Shown one piece after another: positions 1 through 9,567 of a stretch of DNA of 32,000 nucleotides (within the stretch, counting starts at the first letter, position 1; every line of letters begins with the position of its first letter). A program made the translations under genes and the position numbers. A model generated the notes under the pieces. The model ran no database searches and was not told the origin of the DNA. It was given only the letters and a program-made list of their open reading frames with translations. The DNA is from an uncultured Actinomycetes bacterium (GTDB lineage: Bacteria; Actinomycetota; Thermoleophilia; RBG-16-64-13), in the NCBI GenBank assembly GCA_963784835.1, contig CAWASM010000002.1:272076-304075 (forward strand), written 5' to 3'.

Positions 1-219
1 CGACCCGCTTCTGCGGGTAGAGCAGGCGGTTGGGGGAGTAGAGGCGCTCTAGGCCCACCGGCGGCTCTGGCGCAGAATCGCCCCGAAGCGCCGCGGGAGT
101 CGCGGAGCGGCCTCCACCCGTACCGCCCGTCCTCCCTCCACATGCACCAGCATGCCGCATCCATTGCCGCATTCCTGGCAGACGGTCCTCACCACTCTGC
201 TTTCGTCATCACCGGTCAT
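1..219 (-). CDS. Molybdopterin (Mo/W-bis-MGD) oxidoreductase, N-terminal part. Runs off the left edge and appears frameshifted.
   Basis: ATG at 219 is preceded by GGGGAG. 'VVRTVCQECGNGCGMLVHVEGGRAVRVE' carries the CxxCxxxC N-terminal 4Fe-4S motif of this family. The family-typical strings 'GRFCARAAGG' and 'LERLYSPNRLLYPQKRV' continue in the other two frames between 1 and ~110. Confidence 0.6.
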
Positions 220-384
220 CTGCTTTGCTCCCCACGTGAATGCCACGCCAATACGGCCATAGTACCGTGATGTGTCGGCGCGCGACTCCCCAGACCATCC
301 TGTAGATCTTGATATGTCGTCCAAGGCGTATCACTGCGTTTCAGCGCAATCCCCAGCCGGGGAGACAGGCACGCTCCAAGAGAA

Positions 385-458
385 AAGCCCCGTCTTTCGA
401 CGGGGCTTCGTATGGTAGCGGGGACGGGCTTTGAACCTGTGGCCCTCGGGTCAGGAGC
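385..458 (-). other. Diverged copy of the tRNA-fMet 3' half (413-458) plus a terminator-like hairpin (385-408). Putative outermost att remnant.
   Basis: 'tggtagcggggacgggctttgaacctgtggccctcgggtcaggagc' differs by about 7-8 substitutions from 18541-18586. There is no matching 5' acceptor strand upstream, so it is not a tRNA gene. The hairpin is aagccccgtc/gacggggctt. Confidence 0.5.
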
Positions 459-468
459 AGTATGGACG

Positions 469-509
469 CCCCATGGTGTCTAATCCCGTTCCAGTCAGAC
501 ACCATGGGG
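469..509. repeat. Perfect 12-bp inverted repeat with a 17-nt spacer
   Basis: ccccatggtgtc (469-480) and gacaccatgggg (498-509), read directly. It lies immediately inside the diverged att-like fragment. Confidence 0.7.
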
Positions 510-827
510 CACTTGTGGGTCACAGCTCACAGGGAGTGAGCAAGAGCGTGTGACTCCGTTGACGTATGTTCTCACCCCCCGCCTGAACGGCTCCTGAACG
601 ACTGGGGGCGGACCTGCTCGAAGCTGGGACCAAGTATTGTCACGGCGCTACTTCCGTCAACCTCCTCCAGGTGGTCTTACGAGCAGTTTATGTAGTATCG
701 GCTATGCTCACGCGGCTGTTCTCGCAAACGGCACGTGGCGGCAGCCAATCTGGAGAGCGCGCCCAGATTCGCCGTAGCCAACGAAATCCATGCAGACCAT
801 CTGTTCGTCGTTGTGAAAGGAAGCATC

Positions 828-1794
828 ATGGCCACGGAATATTGGAGCACAGACCCCCCGACCGACTCACCGGCGACTCCTCAAGTCCGCCCGCCGGTGG
901 ACCCGCGGACCCGCTATCAGAGGATGAACTCCCGGAAGAAAGGGCAACGAAGGCTGATCGCCCTCGTGGGGGTCCTGGCCGCAGCGCTCATAGCCGTCAG
1001 CGCCACGCTGGCCGACGACCGCCGGCGGATCGGTCGCCGCGACTACCAGCAGTTCAATAGCGGCTTCGAACATCGCCTCGACCCAAGCTCCGGCGCCTGC
1101 TGTCTCAGCCGGCCTCGCCGACGTACGGGCCGCCCTGGCCAGCCCCGCCCAGACGGTTCTTGACAAGGCCTACACGAGCGTGGTCAACATCTCGGTTAGC
1201 GCGTCTTCCGGACGGCGTTCGGCCTCCGGAGTCGGCTCGGGCGTCATCTACACGTCGGACGGCTACATCTTGACGAACGACCACGTGGTCACGCTCGACG
1301 GGGCGGTGGGCTCCGGGCAGTCGATCACGGTCACGTTCAGTGACGACAGCACGGCTCCGGCGACCATCGTGGGCGAAGATGCCACCAAGGACATAGCGGT
1401 GATCAAGGTGGACAAGACCGGCTTGATTCCCGTCAGCTTCGGCTCATCGAGCGCGGTGGAACTTGGAGACTGGGCCACGGTGATAGGCAGCCCCTTGGAC
1501 TACCAGAACAGCGTCACCCTCGGCATCGTGAGCGGATTGGATCGTTCCCTGCAGGTTTCCGCGTCGGAGACACTGACCGGTCTCATGCAGATCGACGCCC
1601 CGATCAGCCCAGGTAACTCCGGCGGCGGGTGCTTCAACTCGCTGGGCCAATTCATCGGCATGCCGGAACTGTATCTCCCTCCGGGCAGCACCGGCGCGGA
1701 GAATATCGGCTTCGCCATTCCGGCCGATGTCGTGGCAAGCGTCGCCCACACCCTCACGGGCACGACCAGTGACAAGACTGGAAGCGAAGTCTGA
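828..1794 (+). CDS. Membrane-anchored trypsin-like serine protease (HtrA/DegP S1C-like, no PDZ seen). One frameshift near 1010.
   Basis: ATG 828 follows GAAAGGAAG. The N-terminal TM 'LIALVGVLAAALIAVSATLA' is in the frame of ORF 735-1163. The rest ('LADVRAALASPAQTVLDKAYTSVVNISV...GSGVIYTSDGYILTNDHVV...DIAVIKV...GNSGGG') is in the frame of ORF 1180-1794, which gives the His/Asp/Ser triad context. Span length is 3n+1. Confidence 0.8.
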
Positions 1795-1809
1795 ACGGCA
1801 CTGAGCTCT

Positions 1810-2743
1810 CTACCGAGGGTCCCCATGCGAAACCCGGTCTTCTGGACCGGGTTTCGCGTTTCTTGCCCCGGCCAGGCTCTCGTCATACCCCCCGCCTTCA
1901 CCTTCGGCCACCCCGATCGGCCCCGGTCGCCAAAGTTCCCCCAGGGTGCCTGAGCCGGCTCGGCGACCGATGACGCCCCCACCCCGGCCTCGTAGCACCC
2001 AGGCGAACCCGACGGCGATTGCGGCCCCAATGAGTGGTCCGGCGACGTAGGCCCACCAGGCGGTGTGATCACCGAGAATGAGCGCCGGCCCCAGCGAGCG
2101 CGCGGGGTTCATGGAGGCTCCACTTACTGGGGAGCCAAGGATCCCAGCCAGAGCGACAAAGCCGCCCACCCCGATGGCGGCACCCCAGCCCACGTTCTGC
2201 GCGCCCGACGCGGTACCCAGGACCACGCTCACCAACCCCAGAGTGAGCAGGGCTTCCCACCCCATAGCGAGAACCGGACTCACTCCCAGGCCTGGCAGTG
2301 TGAGACCGGCCGCTTGCTGCTTGCCGAGGAGCAAGACGAGCAACTCCATAGCCAAAGCGCCGCCCGCCAGTTGTGCGGCGACGTAGCCGGGGACGCGCTT
2401 CCAGGCGAAGTCGTGGCGCAATGCAAACGCGATGCTCACCACCGGGTTCAGGTGCGCTCCGGAGACCGCTCCCATGAAGAGAATGATGCCGGCGACCATC
2501 GAGACCGGGAGCCACTGCCTGCGCCGAGGCCGAAATCGCGTGCCCCCCAAAGCGAGCGTTGACCACCCCGGTTCCAGCCGCCACGAACACGAGAAGGAAG
2601 GTACCGAGGACTTCCGCAAACAGCCGGCGTAGGATGTAGCGACCTTCTTTGTCGAAGTCCTGGCGTCCGCGTAGGGATTGGGCGGGAATGCCCAGCACAT
2701 CGGCCAACAAGTGATGGGGAGACTCTCCTCGCGGTTCTTCCAT
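1810..2743 (-). CDS. MIP/aquaporin-family channel. One frameshift near 2500.
   Basis: Two NPA-type boxes are present: 'SGAHLNPVVS' and 'SGASMNPARS'. The N-terminal part 'RRLFAEVLGTFLLVFVAAGTGV' is in the frame of ORF 2069-2986 (ATG 2743) and the remainder is in ORF 1810-2700. Span is 3n+1. The true 3' end is uncertain because the long Gly/Arg-rich tail overlaps a terminator hairpin. Confidence 0.8.
1827..1864 (+). terminator. Rho-independent terminator after the protease gene
   Basis: 13-bp stem gcgaaacccggtc / gaccgggtttcgc with a ttctg loop, followed by gtttctt. It overlaps the 3' tail of the convergent MIP ORF. Confidence 0.6.
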
Positions 2744-2871
2744 CTCTTCCTTCACGGCCTCTCCCACTTGGCGCGACGCTGACTGCTTGGTTTGTGCAAG
2801 CCGCTGTCTCGGCGAGGTGTTTGCGACGACCGGGCCCCTCCTTCTAGAACAAGGCCGGGATATGAGGGTCA

Positions 2872-3991
2872 CTACCGCACGGAGCGATAGCCGCCCGTGA
2901 CGCCCCTCGGGCTGAGGACGACCTGCCAGACCTGGTGTCGTCTCACCCTGAAGCTGGCTGCGCAGGAGAGCAGGTAGTACGTCCACATCCGGTAGAAGCG
3001 CTCATCGTAGTCGTGCTTGATCGAGTCCCAACTGTCTCGAATTCTGGCACCAAGCCATGAGCGTGGGATCGTAGTACACGCCGAAGTTATGCCAGTCCTC
3101 CAGGATGAACAGCCCTTCGGCGGCCGTGGTGATCTGCTTGGCGGAGGGGATCATCGAGTTCGGGAAGATGTACTTCGCGATCCAGGGGTCGGTGTGCCGG
3201 CCCGACCTGTTGCGCCCGATGGAATGGAGCAGCATGAGGCCGTCGTCTGCGAGCGACCTGTGGGCCACTTCCATGAAGGTGCGATAGTTGTTGACCCCGA
3301 CGTGCTCGAACATGCCGACGGACACGATCCGGTCGAACGGCCCGTGAAATCTGCGGTAGTCCAAGAGCTCGAAGTCCACGGGAAGCCCCGCTGCCCGTTC
3401 GCGGGCAAGATCGATCTGTTCGCGCGAGACAGTGACGCCCGTGACGTGGGCGCCGTACTTCTCGGCGGCGTATATGGCGAAGCCGCCCCAGCCGCAGCCG
3501 ATGTCCAGGACCCGCATCCCATCGCGAAGGTCCAGCTTGCGGCAGATCAGGTCCAGCTTGGCCTCCTGGGCTTGGTCGAGGGTGACGGCCGACTCCCAGT
3601 AGCCGCAGGAGTAGTTGAGACCCTTGTCCAGCATCTTGACGAACAGGTCGTTGCCGATGTCGTAGTGGTGTTCGCCGATCTCGAACGCTTTGGTGAGGCG
3701 CTGCGGATTGAGCATCCTGGCCTTGAGGACGGCCCACAGTAGAGCCTTCGAGCGGCGCATGTGCTTCTCCAGCCCCGCGGTCAGGACGCGTTCGAAGAAC
3801 TGGTCCAAAGCCGGGCAGTCCCACCAGCCGTCCATGTAGCTCTCGCCAAGCCCCATCGTGCCGTTGCCCAGAATGGCCGAGTACAGCCTCGGGTCGTTCA
3901 CCTTGATATCGAAAGGCCGACCGCCGTCGATCTGCACTCCTGCGATATCCAGCATGCTCTGCACGAGCAACTGCCCTGCGTCACTCTTCAC
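2872..3991 (-). CDS. cfa: Cyclopropane-fatty-acyl-phospholipid synthase. Frameshift near 3040.
   Basis: GTG 3991 lies 6 nt after AAGGAGGG. 'LGESYMDGWWDC', the SAM-binding 'VLDIGCGWGG' and 'FDRIVSVGMFEHVG' are present. The C-terminus 'DSWDSIKHDYDERFYRMWTYYLLSCAASFRVRRHQVWQVVLS' continues in another frame to the stop at 2872. Span is 3n-2, with the break at 'cagaattcgagac'. Confidence 0.85.
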
Positions 3992-4182
3992 GCCGCTCCC
4001 TCCTTGGCGACGGCCGGCGGATCCACCGCACGGCTGCCTCACTGCTCGATCACGAACGATGCGTCGGCTGTGGCATGACAGGCCACGCCATCACGATACA
4101 CTCCGGAGCCGGACCCCGGCGAAACCCACGTCGGTGACCTGGGTCCCTCCCAAGATCTCAAAGACCGCTCTGCGCCGTTGTG

Positions 4183-4686
4183 CTAGCAGATGCCCGCCGA
4201 CCGGAACGCCTCCTTCACGTCCGAGAGAAAATAGATCACCTGCAGCTTGTACTTCTCCGACGTGGTCTTGATCGTGACCTGATCGGGCCCCGTCCCGTCG
4301 GGGCCCGTCCCGAGTCTTGTACTTCACCTTCTTGATCGTCCCGCGGTCGATCGCGAAGTTGCCCGGTGACTCAGCCAGCGCCGCGTCCGGCGGCATATGC
4401 AAGTACACTTCATGGTAGTTGGACGTCGCATCAAGCTGCGCGCCCCACTGGCCGAGGAAGCCCTTGCCGTTGGCCTTAGCGTCACCGCGCGACTGATTCA
4501 TTATCGCGGCGACCTTCTCTTCGTATGCTCAGCGAAGATGATCCGGCGGTCGGTAAGAATGAGCGAGTACCTCTTTGGTTTCATACCCATGAACCCGCCG
4601 ACCCGCATGAGGTTGCCAACGGTCGCGAGGATGCGTTCGCCTGCGAGAGGGGCGGGTACCGGCGTGTCTATCATGTGTGCCCTCAC
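4183..4686 (-). CDS. Bacterial PH-like domain protein (hypothetical). Two compensating frameshifts.
   Basis: 'KPKRYSLILTDRRIIFAE' is a bPH-like strand motif. The reading continues 'EKVAAIMNQSRGDAKANGKGFLG...' after a shift at ~4510 and '...DGTGPDQVTIKTTSEKYKLQVIYFLSDVKEAFRSAGIC*' after a shift at the G-run 4300-4303. The family assignment is tentative. Confidence 0.5.
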
Positions 4687-4760
4687 TCCTTCCTGGAATG
4701 AGAGAGAAGGCTCCGGGACTCCGGAGCTTTCCCTTATCGGATCGTACGACCCGTGACCTA

Positions 4761-5231
4761 CTAGTAGTGGAGCTTGTCCAGTGCTTGCTGTGCCGCGGGG
4801 TCGTCCATGGTGATCTTCGGATCGGCGTCATCACCCTTGGTGAATGTTGTGTTGTCCTTCGCCACGTCGTTGACCGCCCAGAATGTGCCGGCGCCCTCTG
4901 GGTCGTCGGTCGCCCACACTCCTTGATGGTTCTCCATGCTGCTCGAGAATTCCATAGCGACGAAGTACACGTTGGGCAAGGTCGCGCTACTGACCATCCA
5001 ACCAGAAAGCGGTCTAACCACGGCGTCTTCCTTTGCGCCCGCGGCGATGGCGTCGAGAAGACCGGGCGATACGATCGCATCCACTGGCTCTGTGGCCGGG
5101 GCACCCGCGGCTGCTGTGGTGGCGCTCACCGCCGTCGTCGTTTGCGTCGCCCCACCATCTCCGCCGCAGGCGGCAAGGGGGATGACGAGCAAGGCAATCG
5201 CCAGCAGGATCAAGACGCAACGCAGCTTCAT
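4761..5231 (-). CDS. Lipoprotein, function unknown
   Basis: Intact ORF. The signal peptide has the lipobox 'VIPLAAC', followed by a Thr/Ala-rich linker. Confidence 0.7.
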   Translation of the reverse strand: MKLRCVLILLAIALLVIPLAACGGDGGATQTTTAVSATTAAAGAPATEPVDAIVSPGLLDAIAAGAKEDAVVRPLSGWMVSSATLPNVYFVAMEFSSSMENHQGVWATDDPEGAGTFWAVNDVAKDNTTFTKGDDADPKITMDDPAAQQALDKLHY

Positions 5232-5524
5232 GACATGGACCCCATCTTGTTCGAATTAGAATCACTCCAACCAACCGTGATTGGCCGGTGCCCAGAGACC
5301 TTATCACCCGGAGGCGGTGCCGGCAAAATCCCATCGGCGTCTCACAGAGGCGACGCATTGGCGAGCCCGTACGGTCGCGCACGTTCTCGGGAACTTGACC
5401 CTTGTCCCAACTGAGATGTTGCTGAGAATCGAGTCGGACCCGCGCTACAATGGGGCCGCGACCGGCCCTGCCCGTTCGCGTCTAGCGATGGGGCCCCGGG
5501 CCCGCGCGGAGAGGGAGGACCGAA

Positions 5525-7276
5525 GTGGAGACTGGGCTCACAAGCGGTTGGCACATGTCGCGCGGGGGCGCAACGTACGGTCCCTACGAATGGAACGACC
5601 TGGTCGCCTGGGCGCAGGGAGGGCGACTCGCCCCCGGAGACCTCGTCTGGCAGGCGCAGCTTCCTGGTTGGATGCCGGCCGGGAAGGTGCCGGGATTGTT
5701 CCCGGCCTGGTCCGACGCTCTGGTTCCCGCGTATGGACAATCCCAGAGGATATCCTCACACCGGGGACGATGGGCGCTCATAGCCGGGCTGTCCACGCTT
5801 GTCGTGGCGGGAGCGGTGGTGGGGGTGCTCTTCGCGGCCGGGGTCTTCTCCAAGCAGTCCGTGGTGGTCGAGACTCCCATGCAGGGCCCCACGGTCATCG
5901 ACGTTCCCTATGACTCCTCGGAGCTGGTGGTTTCGCCTGAGGATGGAGGGCAGCTCGAGTTTCAAGGCGCCCAGATCTCTGTCCCGCCGGGCGCGGTAGC
6001 TTCGGACGCGACGCTGGAGGTCAAGGTACTGCCGGATGACTTCAACGTGAGTCCGACGGCTTCGCCAGAGGATGAGTTCTTCGCGGTCGGCCCCGTGGTG
6101 GACTTCGGGCCCGCGGGAACCGCCTTCGACCAGCCGGTGACGGTCACCGTGCCCTACGACGAGGGTCTCCTGCCGGCCGGTATTCCAGAAGAAAACGTGG
6201 CTTTGGTCTACTGGGATGGGTCGGCCTGGGTCACGGTGCAGGGCACGGTCGACACGAGCAGGAACACCGTCACCGCCCAACTTCGGGAGTTCGACGGGGT
6301 AGTTCTCACGACCGTCGCAGCGCTCGTATTGGTGCCAGTCGCGGTGGGGATGTGGGTCTACAAACTGACCAGGAGCGACCCCATCATCGATGGGAAAGCG
6401 GACACGTACATCATCCCCGACAACTCCACGGTCAAACAGATGGCCCAGACCAGCACGTGCGGCGGCGTTTCCCTTGCCAACCAGCAAGCACTTGCCCAGC
6501 ACATGGAGAGTCTGCAGACCCCGACACCGCAGAAGCTCGCCTTCACCAAGCCCGACGGGACACAAATCCAAATGAACGAGGGCGAGCACTACGACGCGGG
6601 TGCCGGCACCAACTGGCAGATGCCGAACGCCTTCTTCGACAAGAACATGAAGGGGGACTGCACAGACGTGACCAATGCCATGGTGAGCGTGTTCCGGTCG
6701 CTCGGGTATGAGGCCAGGGGAGTATTCGGATATGAGACTGATCCCACTACGAAGGCGCAAGACCCGCACGCGTGGGGAGAAGTGCTGATAGGCGGCAAGG
6801 TCTACCTGATCGACGAGCAGGGGCAAGTGTCACCGCGTGAGCGGGCCATGGAACTGCAGCACTTGGAGCGGCCCAAACCGGAGGACGCTCGGTACAAGAT
6901 GTGGGACGACGTCAATCACGTGCAAAAGCAAGATCCCGACTGGTACAAGCGGTACCTCACCAGCACGACTACCAGCACGACCGCCGGCATCGACGCCATG
7001 GCCATAAACGGCACTTGGGTAGGCCAGGCGAGCAACGGGACAGCAGTCGATGATGTCAATCTCGTCATAAGTGTCTCAGAGGGGGGCACCGGAAGCGCCA
7101 CGGCGACGTGGAAGGACCCACGGTACTCGCCGATGCAAGCGATGGTGGTAATCAACGGGGACGTGGTTGAAATAGGATTCCAGGACATGACCCAGTTGTC
7201 TGGAAACTTTACCGGTGGCAATACCCTAACCCTGTCGGGCCCGTCGACAACGTGGAAGCTCACGCGGGTACAGTGA
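5525..7276 (+). CDS. Membrane protein with a GYF_2-like N-terminus, two TM helices flanking a ~190-aa domain, a transglutaminase-like cysteine protease core and a C-terminal beta-rich domain
   Basis: GTG 5525 lies 5 nt after GGGAGGA. 'GWHMSRGGATYGPYEWNDLVAWAQGGRLAPGDLVWQAQLPGWMPAGKVPGL' fits the GYF_2/DUF4339 pattern. The TMs are 'WALIAGLSTLVVAGAVVGVLFAAGVF' and 'VVLTTVAALVLVPVAVGMWVY'. The Cys-His-Asp context is 'GDCTDVTNAMVSVFRSLGYEARGV...DPHAWGEVLIGGKVYLIDEQG'. Confidence 0.8.
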   Translation: METGLTSGWHMSRGGATYGPYEWNDLVAWAQGGRLAPGDLVWQAQLPGWMPAGKVPGLFPAWSDALVPAYGQSQRISSHRGRWALIAGLSTLVVAGAVVGVLFAAGVFSKQSVVVETPMQGPTVIDVPYDSSELVVSPEDGGQLEFQGAQISVPPGAVASDATLEVKVLPDDFNVSPTASPEDEFFAVGPVVDFGPAGTAFDQPVTVTVPYDEGLLPAGIPEENVALVYWDGSAWVTVQGTVDTSRNTVTAQLREFDGVVLTTVAALVLVPVAVGMWVYKLTRSDPIIDGKADTYIIPDNSTVKQMAQTSTCGGVSLANQQALAQHMESLQTPTPQKLAFTKPDGTQIQMNEGEHYDAGAGTNWQMPNAFFDKNMKGDCTDVTNAMVSVFRSLGYEARGVFGYETDPTTKAQDPHAWGEVLIGGKVYLIDEQGQVSPRERAMELQHLERPKPEDARYKMWDDVNHVQKQDPDWYKRYLTSTTTSTTAGIDAMAINGTWVGQASNGTAVDDVNLVISVSEGGTGSATATWKDPRYSPMQAMVVINGDVVEIGFQDMTQLSGNFTGGNTLTLSGPSTTWKLTRVQ

Positions 7277-7450
7277 GCGGGGGCGTTGCGGTAAGCGGGC
7301 AGCGCCACGCTCACCCCTCTGAGGTAGTCGCGCATGGGTTCCGCCGGAAGGCGAACGATCCCAACGGCGCCTGCCGAATTTATGGGGATCAAGCACGCTA
7401 CCCAGTGTCCAGGGGTGAGCCTCCCCTCCCCCCTTTCCTCACAGCTCACT

Positions 7451-7540
7451 CTTGACCCTACTGAATACCACCATATTCCATCTGGGAAGGGGTCAACTCA
7501 GGGGTCAATTCAGGGGTCAAGCGCCTTGAAGGGGTAATGC
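7451..7540. repeat. Conserved arm block with three tandem 12-bp GGGGTCAAnnnn units
   Basis: ggggtcaactca (7489-7500), ggggtcaattca (7501-7512), ggggtcaagcgc (7513-7524). An inverted gggtcaag lies at 7451-7458. The block is homologous to 14057-14130 and partly to 18452-18480. Confidence 0.65.
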
Positions 7541-7560
7541 TCGATATATCGACAAAAGAG

Positions 7561-7635
7561 AAAGGGGGCCGGAAGTCCGGGCCTTTCATATGGTAGCGGG
7601 GACAGGATTTGAACCTGTGACCTTCGGGTTATGAG
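7561..7635 (-). other. Direct repeat of the tRNA-fMet 3' 45 nt (7591-7635) plus a terminator-like hairpin (7561-7587). att-type island junction.
   Basis: 7591-7635 is identical to 18541-18585. Identity stops inside the anticodon loop (..gttatgag). Confidence 0.8.
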
Positions 7636-7899
7636 TGGTGCTATAGACGATCTAGTGCATGGTTTCTAGCATCGCTTGGTGCCTTCCTGTCTGCAAACAG
7701 GGCATTTCTCCAAAGAACCCCGAACGCCGGTGTAGGCCCGTTCTGACCGGTGCGTTGGAGAGATGTTGGCAGGTTCTTGTTGTCCCCGACCGCCGCGTTG
7801 TGCACCTCGCACAACACCGATGGAGTGGACGGCGTACTGTCATCCCGAGCACCCTACCCGTCTGTGAGTGACAGGAAAGGTGTTCCATACGACAGCATT

Positions 7900-8714
7900 C
7901 TACGGCATGCCTTTCCACGGTTCGCCCGGGATCCTGGCGATCAGACGCTCATGCACCAACCTATAGGCCTGGTCGATGTCGTGGCCCGAGTCATCTCGGA
8001 GTAGGGGCATGACGTCATTGCGGAAGTCGGCGGAAGCCAGCTTCTGGGCCATATTCGCTTCGTAAGCCGCTCTCGATACAGACAGTCCTCCGTGCTCCAG
8101 ATAGGCACGAAGGCCAGCGACTACGCGCTCCTCATCGGGTGAAAGCGTCTCGAGCGCAAGCCATAGGTCGTACAGATCGCGTCCCTTTCGGCGCTGATAG
8201 AGAGCGCGGAGCTTGGTGGCCATCAGTTCCTCGAGAGCATAGGTCGTCACCGGGACGGTCGCAGCGTACCAGGCGTTTCTCACGGCGAACGGAACCTGAT
8301 GTAGCCCCTCCACCGCGAAATGCTCCCGTGTGTTGATCTCGATCTTCACCCGCATCCGCCGGACCGGATGCGCTGTGGTTTCGAAACCGTAGAGGAGCTT
8401 CACGCTATCGGCAGCCTGCTGGAACGTGGGGGGCCCAGCCAACCGTCGAGCGCTTCCTGGACCTCCAGAAGAACCGGTTTGATGGGCCCAGCCGTCACCT
8501 GCACTAGGTCCAGGTCCTCAGAGTACCTACCGGGAGGATCGAAGAACAGCTTATGGAGAGCCGTCCCGCCCCGGAAGGCAAGCATCTCGCGCAGTGCCGG
8601 TCGCGCGAATATCTCGGAGAGAGCGCGGGAGAGCACCAGGTCTTGCTCTACCTGCTCATCGAGAGCCCACGGCGCCTGCGCGCGCCATGCCGTGATGTTC
8701 GCCCGAGGTATCAC
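7900..8714 (-). CDS. abiEii: AbiEii/AbiGii-family nucleotidyltransferase toxin (type IV TA). One frameshift at the G-run 8428-8433.
   Basis: 'VEQDLVLSRALSEIFARPALREMLAFRGGTALHKLFFDPPGRYSEDLDLV' and 'KIEINTREH...KLRALYQRRKGRDLYDLW' are typical of DUF1814/AbiEii. GTG 8714 overlaps the upstream stop (GTGA). Span is 3n-1. Confidence 0.8.
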
Positions 8715-9546
8715 AGATCGAGCTCTATCTCCTACATTGGGGATCACGCGCCAAGGTGCTGCGGGAACGGCATCGCCCCGCGGCATGTCACGCGCGAGCA
8801 GTACCGGACGATAGCGTCGTGCCGCCAGCGCCCGCAGAAGAGCATCGGCCAGGCGAGACTGACCGGCCTGATCGAGAAGGAAACCAAGCCGCTGGACCTC
8901 GGGACTCTTCCGCGCCTCGGCCAGGGTGTGGAGCCCGGCGGGGTCGATTCGCTCCGCCAGTTCAGAAAGCACCATCGCCACGTTACTCCACCCGCCGCAT
9001 GCGGAGGAGAACTTCACCAGGTCGAACGCAGTCAGTCTCAGGGTTAGAGACAAGCATGGAGCCCGTCTCTGTCTGCATGCTTGTGACAGGCTCGTCTTCC
9101 AAGGTCCCAGTCGCGTGGAACTCGATACGAGCTCGCCCTACCTTCGCCGGACGGGTGGGTCGGTCGGTCATCACCTGGAAGACCATGGATTGCTGGTGCG
9201 AAGCGCCGTGAAGAGCGGCGGCCGAGAGAAGACCGACATGGTAGGGCCGGCCCAGAAACCGCATCAGATCGTCGATGAACCACGACGGCGGCGGGGCACC
9301 CGCTGCGCGGTACTCCATGGGCACGATCACGAAGAAGCCGCGGCGCGGCACAACGAGTCGCCCCCTATTCTTCAGGCGCCGAATAGCGTTGTCGAGTGCG
9401 ATCTCCGAGATACCCAGTGCACCCCGAGCCTCCGAATCCGAGAAGGTGTAGCGGCCTGCTGCCTGAGTATCATCAACAAAGGCAGTCAGACCGGGGAAAC
9501 TGATGTCATCTGCAAGCGCCATTCTGTTTGCGTAATATAGCGCCAA
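8711..9546 (-). CDS. abiEi: AbiEi-family antitoxin/transcriptional regulator. Two frameshifts (~9030 and ~8735).
   Basis: The N-terminal wHTH-like part is 'GRYTFSDSEARGALGISEIALDNAIRRLKNRGRLVVPRRGFFVIVP'. The C-terminal part is '...TAFDLVKFSSACGGWSNVAMVLSELAE...PWRVIPNV', then 'EIELDL*' in a third frame. The first break sits at a tandem ACTGACTG. An alternative start is ATG 9522. Confidence 0.75.
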
Positions 9547-9567
9547 GCGCTCAGTTCTGCAAGAGTA

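Noticed and set aside
413-490. Possible fifth, intact tRNA gene
   Set aside because: Only the T-arm, 3' acceptor and part of the anticodon arm are present. Upstream sequence cannot form the 5' acceptor strand (agcgggg is required), the D-arm or the anticodon stem.
7489-7524. CRISPR-like array
   Set aside because: These are three directly abutting 12-bp units with no spacers. This is a short tandem repeat (possible protein-binding iterons), not repeat-spacer architecture, and there are no cas genes in the window.
7652-7918. 88-aa minus-strand ORF, and overlapping plus-strand ORFs, between the att copy at 7591-7635 and abiEii
   Set aside because: They are Cys/Arg/His-rich with no motif, start context or conservation signal. 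The region is more likely the non-coding end of the island segment. I found no integrase remnant there.
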